Shown here one piece after another: positions 33,201 to 37,469 of a stretch of 37,469 bases of DNA. The position numbers were made by a program, and so were the translations under genes. Where the stretch lies: NCBI GenBank assembly GCA_021432655.1, contig MU271630.1:1-37469 (forward strand), written 5' to 3'. Positions within the stretch are counted from its first letter, which is position 1. The number at the start of each line of letters is the position of its first letter. Under the pieces are notes generated by a model. That model made no database searches, had not been told where the DNA came from, and saw only the letters and a list, made by a program, of their open reading frames with translations. Source of the stretch: Atractiella rhizophila. Its lineage: Eukaryota.

Positions 33201-34675
33201 GCAGACGAACTCTTCATTGATGGAAATACGACTGTTGAACTTATCTCTCCGCCCTTTAAGAGGTTATATTGGAACAATGAAGAAATCTCGTTCGAGGAGA
33301 AGTCTATCGATCACGGCACCAGTTATTGGTGGAGTGCCAACATACTGTTTGAGAATCCGGTTGTTGAACTGCCCAACCTTGAACAATTGGAATGGTGGAT
33401 GAAAGACGGATTGCCCGAACGTGAGAAGGAGTTCGACGACTCGAGGTGGAAGATTGTTGAGGGGGATCTTAATGCTTGCAGGCATGGCTTGTACGTTCCT
33501 TATCTCTTGAAAATTTTGTCTGAAAGGTAGTGAATGTAGCTGTGTTGGTCACGTTCTTTACCGTGGTCATTTCGTCGCTTCTCCGAACATGACAGGAATT
33601 AGCCTCACTCTGAGGGGAGGAACCGGTAAATATCTATCTGACCTATTGCATGCGCTTGATGGGTTTGTCCAGGTTTTGCTGCATCAGTCTTCCTGGACGG
33701 TTTCTTCATAGGAACAACGTATGGCAACTCATCAAACCATCAGAATGATATTCCGGAGACAACAACCACATTTCAATTTCCAGAAGGGCTCCATCACAGC
33801 AACGATCAGAAGCACTTGGTAACTGTACTTTGCGATAACATGGGACTTGAACGCAGTAACGATTCCATCTCGCACGATGCAATCAAAGATCCAAGAGGAA
33901 TCGTTGCGTGGGATTTTGTTGGTCACTCAGCCAAGCTCATCGACGAGAATATGGTATGGAAAATTCAAGGGAACATACCGTGCGCTATTTCTCTCCAATC
34001 AGGCGCTAGAAATGAATAAATAACTTTTTATAGGGACGACAAAGTTAGGAAGGCTTTTAATGCAGGTGGATTATTCGCAGAGCGAGCAGGGTGGCATCTG
34101 CCTTCATGGCATGGTTCGGAGCCAGAATGGAGCATCCACTCTCCTATGAGGAATGGATCCTACAACGCTACCGTTAAGTTGTTTAAAACGACATTTGACC
34201 TCAATATTCCTGAAGGATACGATATCCCGATGTTTCTCCAGCTCCCTCCACCTTTGTCGGCGAATGGGCTGAACGAACCATATCGAGCTCAAATTTATGT
34301 GAATGGATGGTTTGTGTCTAAGACATCTCTGTTCAGAGTAGTTGGCTGAACACTGGGCAGGCAAATGGGCAAGTATGTTAGCAACCTCGGAACCCAGTTC
34401 AAGTTTCCTTGTGAGCCACGATGACACGGCCTGAAATGATCGGAAACTGACCTTAGAATAGTGCATGAAGGAATCTTGAACTATCGAGGGAAGAAGTGAG
34501 TGAGATCCTTTCGTTCATTATGGTATATCGAATGTTGGTTTCTAGCACTCTGGCAATTGCTCTATGGGCTTTGGAGGAAACTGGAGCAAAGATTGGCTCC
34601 CTGTCAATCAGACATGGCGCCGTCTATCACATCGGGAAGAAGCCTCGCAGTCGGACTCCCAGTCCACCCAGTTAA
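30275..34675 (+). CDS. GH35 beta-galactosidase, copy 1 (two apparent +1 frameshifts; possible pseudogene or sequence errors)
   Basis: [60 protein letters not shown] (acid/base Glu), LYFPEYQAG (nucleophile Glu), [18 protein letters not shown]-terminal jelly-roll motifs [44 protein letters not shown] 34673-34675. Extra bases at about 32218 and about 32682. Start codon is approximate. Confidence 0.92.
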
Positions 34676-35001
34676 TGTTGACGTCAACGTAAATTATCAA
34701 CGAGAGTAGGCGTTAATAACATGTTGACCAACCAAGACCTTTTCTCCTCGTCTCATTCCACACAACATAAGCCTGAGTTACATGTAAGTCGATGTAACGC
34801 GCAGTGTTGCAAACATTTCGCAACAGAGTTCGGGGCGCGCGGAGGCTAAATTTGCAATTTAATGCTCACTAGTGCTCACATTTCGAATTCGATTTTGCGA
34901 GCTAGTGGAGGACATCAACTGATTCGACGACCATTAATTCCTACATTTTGGAGAATCTGTAGGTTACGCTTCCTGTGCAACTCCCAGCTCCTGTGAACTT
35001 C

Positions 35002-37469
35002 ATGCTTTCAAGTGCTCGTCGAGACCAGATGGGCGAGGAGTATTCGACGGACTCGAAGCGAGCTATTGAGCTCTTAGAGGAATATGACTTTGAAAGCACG
35101 AAGGCACCTAACAATTCTGCGCCAATAAATCGCCGTAGTGGCTGGTTGAAGATGGCCACTCTGCTTTTCGCCTGCACCACCTACTTTGCAGCTACTTATT
35201 TCTCTCAGACTTCACAATCGCCGCACGGGACTGTGCAAGACATAAATCCGCCATCTGGAGTAACATTCGACGAGTACTCGCTTATGATAAATGGTCAACG
35301 AATCTTCCTCTCCTCTGGAGAATTCCATCCCTGGCGGCTCCCAGTTCCTGCACTTTGGCTTGATGTCCTTCAAAAGATGAAGGCGTTGGGGTTCAACGGA
35401 GTAAGCATTTATACGCATTGGTAAGCGCTACGTCGCTATGATGATCTATCATTAACACGGTCAGGGGAATGATCGAGCCTCGTCAAGGCGAGCTTGACTT
35501 TGAAGGCATCAACGATTTACAACTGTTCTTTGACTCGGCTATGGAAGCTGGACTGTGGGTAACGGTGAGGCCAGGTCAACCTTTTCGAGCTCAGTGCACA
35601 ACAAAAATGGCTCATTTGACCTCAGGTCCATATATCAACGCAGAGACAACGGGTGGTGGTGTAAATCAAAGCTTTTTCCGTGTGACACAGTTGTAAAGCG
35701 GGAACTAGATACCAGGTTGGGTAGCCGCCTCTCTTGCGACTCTCAGGGACAACTCGACGGCTTATTTCAACGCTTGGAAACCGTACATAAGCGAGATTTC
35801 GAGAATCACGGCTAGAAATCAGGTTGATAAGGGTGGACCTGTCATTTTGTTTCAAGTACGTCACAAATGACACCTGCAGATCTGAAGACATGGGCAAGCT
35901 GAAGATTTAAATAGATCGAGAATGAATACAAGCAGAATAATGTGACCGTTCCTTACATGGAGAGTCTCAGTGCAATCGTGAAAGAAAACGGTGTTGTACG
36001 TGTCATCAATCCTTCCCGCCTTATTACTTAATGCTCTATGACATGCAGACGGTACCCATCACTTTCAACGATGTCAATGAGAGAGATAACTTTGCTCGCG
36101 GCCCAGGAGCGGTGGAACTTTGTGAGTTTACTGCCCGTCATTAATGCACGAGACAACTTGCGCCATCTCCTCAGACGGATTTGACAACTATCCACTGAGG
36201 TTTGACTGTTCCAACCCGTCTATCTGGCCTTCAAGCGTCGCGGAGACACATTACTCCTATCACCAGAAGGTGAACCCGCAACAACCGTATGTTTTCCAGT
36301 TAAACCGACGAGCCCACTGAGAAGCATTCTGGCAGGCTTTACTTCCCTGAGTGTGAGTGCATCGACCGCATCTGGTTTTAGACCTAGTGATATCTCTCTG
36401 GACTAGATCAAGCCGGGGCTTTCGACGCTTGGGGTCCTACGTCACCTGGGTGAGGTTCTTCTTTATTCTACGCCGAATATACTCAGCCCTCCTCCAGCTA
36501 CGATAAATGTCTCGTGTGTCCCCTCCTATCTTTTTAGCTCCCATCTAAATATGTGTATAGGATTTACTTAACGACGAGTTTCAGTCTGGTCCATTTTCTT
36601 GTGGTACTCTTAGGAGCAAACTTTGACCAGACATCGTTATCGAACAGTTTACTACCGGAAGTGAGCCTCTCATTCCTTGCTTTGGTTTTGCTTCTCTAAC
36701 TACCTTTCAAAGTCTCTGGGCTCAAAATGCAAAGGTATTTCAACTGTTCGGGTCTGAAAGTATCTGACCGCGATGCCCTGTAGATGATAAATTACTACAT
36801 GGCTTATGGGGGAACCAACTGGTGTGTATCCTACTCACCTATTTAGAGAACTCAACGCGCTGTCAGGGGTCAAATTGCGTTTCCTGGTGTCTACACTTCC
36901 TATGAGTAAAAATCTCACTGACTGTGAACGGCCCTGTTTGTTTACTCAATCTCTTAGTTACGGCGTGCGCCATTGCTTTTGATGCAGCATTCATCACTGA
37001 TGCGGTTGTGATAGTCGCCTATTCGGTACCTTTTCAAATCGAACCTATCTTCGGTCCCTGACGGTGTTTTTATCAGAGAATCTCGGGAGCTTGCGTTCAA
37101 GGCGCCAGAATTGAAACGCCAACTCACATTCCTAAGATCGTTTGTTTCCCGCTCATATTTGAAAAATAGTATATGACGGGAGGGTAGAGTGAAAGAATTC
37201 TATAAAACTGTCCAGTTATCCAACGGCACCAGCCAACATACCGACAACGACGCAATTCATGTCACCGAGTTGAGGAATCCCGACAATCTGGCTGCATTCT
37301 ATGTTGTAAGAAATAAAGACACTCGTACGAAGTGCGCTACTTTCCAATATGGCTTTGGGCGATAAGTAATACTTTGGGTTTCAGAGAGCCATCAACTTTC
37401 ACACTGGAAATGGATGGCGTCAGGAGTGGGGTGCTCGAGCTTCCGGTGCGGCTACACGGGCGTGAGGCA
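35002..37469 (+). CDS. GH35 beta-galactosidase, copy 2 (tandem paralog, runs off the window)
   Basis: Same motifs as copy 1 ([54 protein letters not shown]) and nearly identical intron positions. The frame is intact as far as the window edge. Start is 35002 or 35029. Confidence 0.93.

Noticed and set aside
1..37469. CRISPR arrays, transposases, LTR/TIR elements, rRNA genes
   Set aside because: No regularly spaced repeats, no transposase or RT motifs and no rRNA-like sequence seen; the window is gene-dense fungal DNA.

Overview
Eukaryotic, intron-dense fungal DNA (most introns about 45-90 nt, GT...AG, CTRAY-like branch points); the gene style suggests a basidiomycete. No prokaryotic features, CRISPR array, rRNA, tRNA or recognisable transposon were found. 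I hand-spliced 14 protein-coding loci, in order: HEATR6/DUF4042-like protein (-, partial); neutral trehalase (+); SLC25/mitochondrial-carrier-fold protein (-); a multiply frameshifted BAH-PHD chromatin reader (+); citrate/2-methylcitrate synthase (+); multi-TM membrane protein (-); PLAC8 protein (+); ABCC/MRP transporter (+); tRNA adenosine deaminase Tad1 (+); TauD/TfdA dioxygenase (-); Mzm1/LYRM7 (-); a disordered hypothetical protein (+); and two tandem GH35 beta-galactosidases (+, the second partial). Most interesting observations: (1) The one oversized citrate-synthase intron (368 nt) holds a candidate box H/ACA RNA. Its 3' hairpin carries 8+8 nt complementarity to a conserved 18S rRNA segment in an inverted, snR30/U17-like geometry, but at a different site. 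(2) The carrier-fold protein has an extra N-terminal TM helix plus dileucine and PPxY sorting motifs. (3) The BAH-PHD protein has histone-H3-mimic ARK motifs. Several lesions may be sequencing or assembly errors rather than biology: a homopolymer-smeared trehalase exon, and frameshifts in the BAH-PHD gene, the ABCC gene and GH35 copy 1. All family calls come from motif recognition, not database searches.
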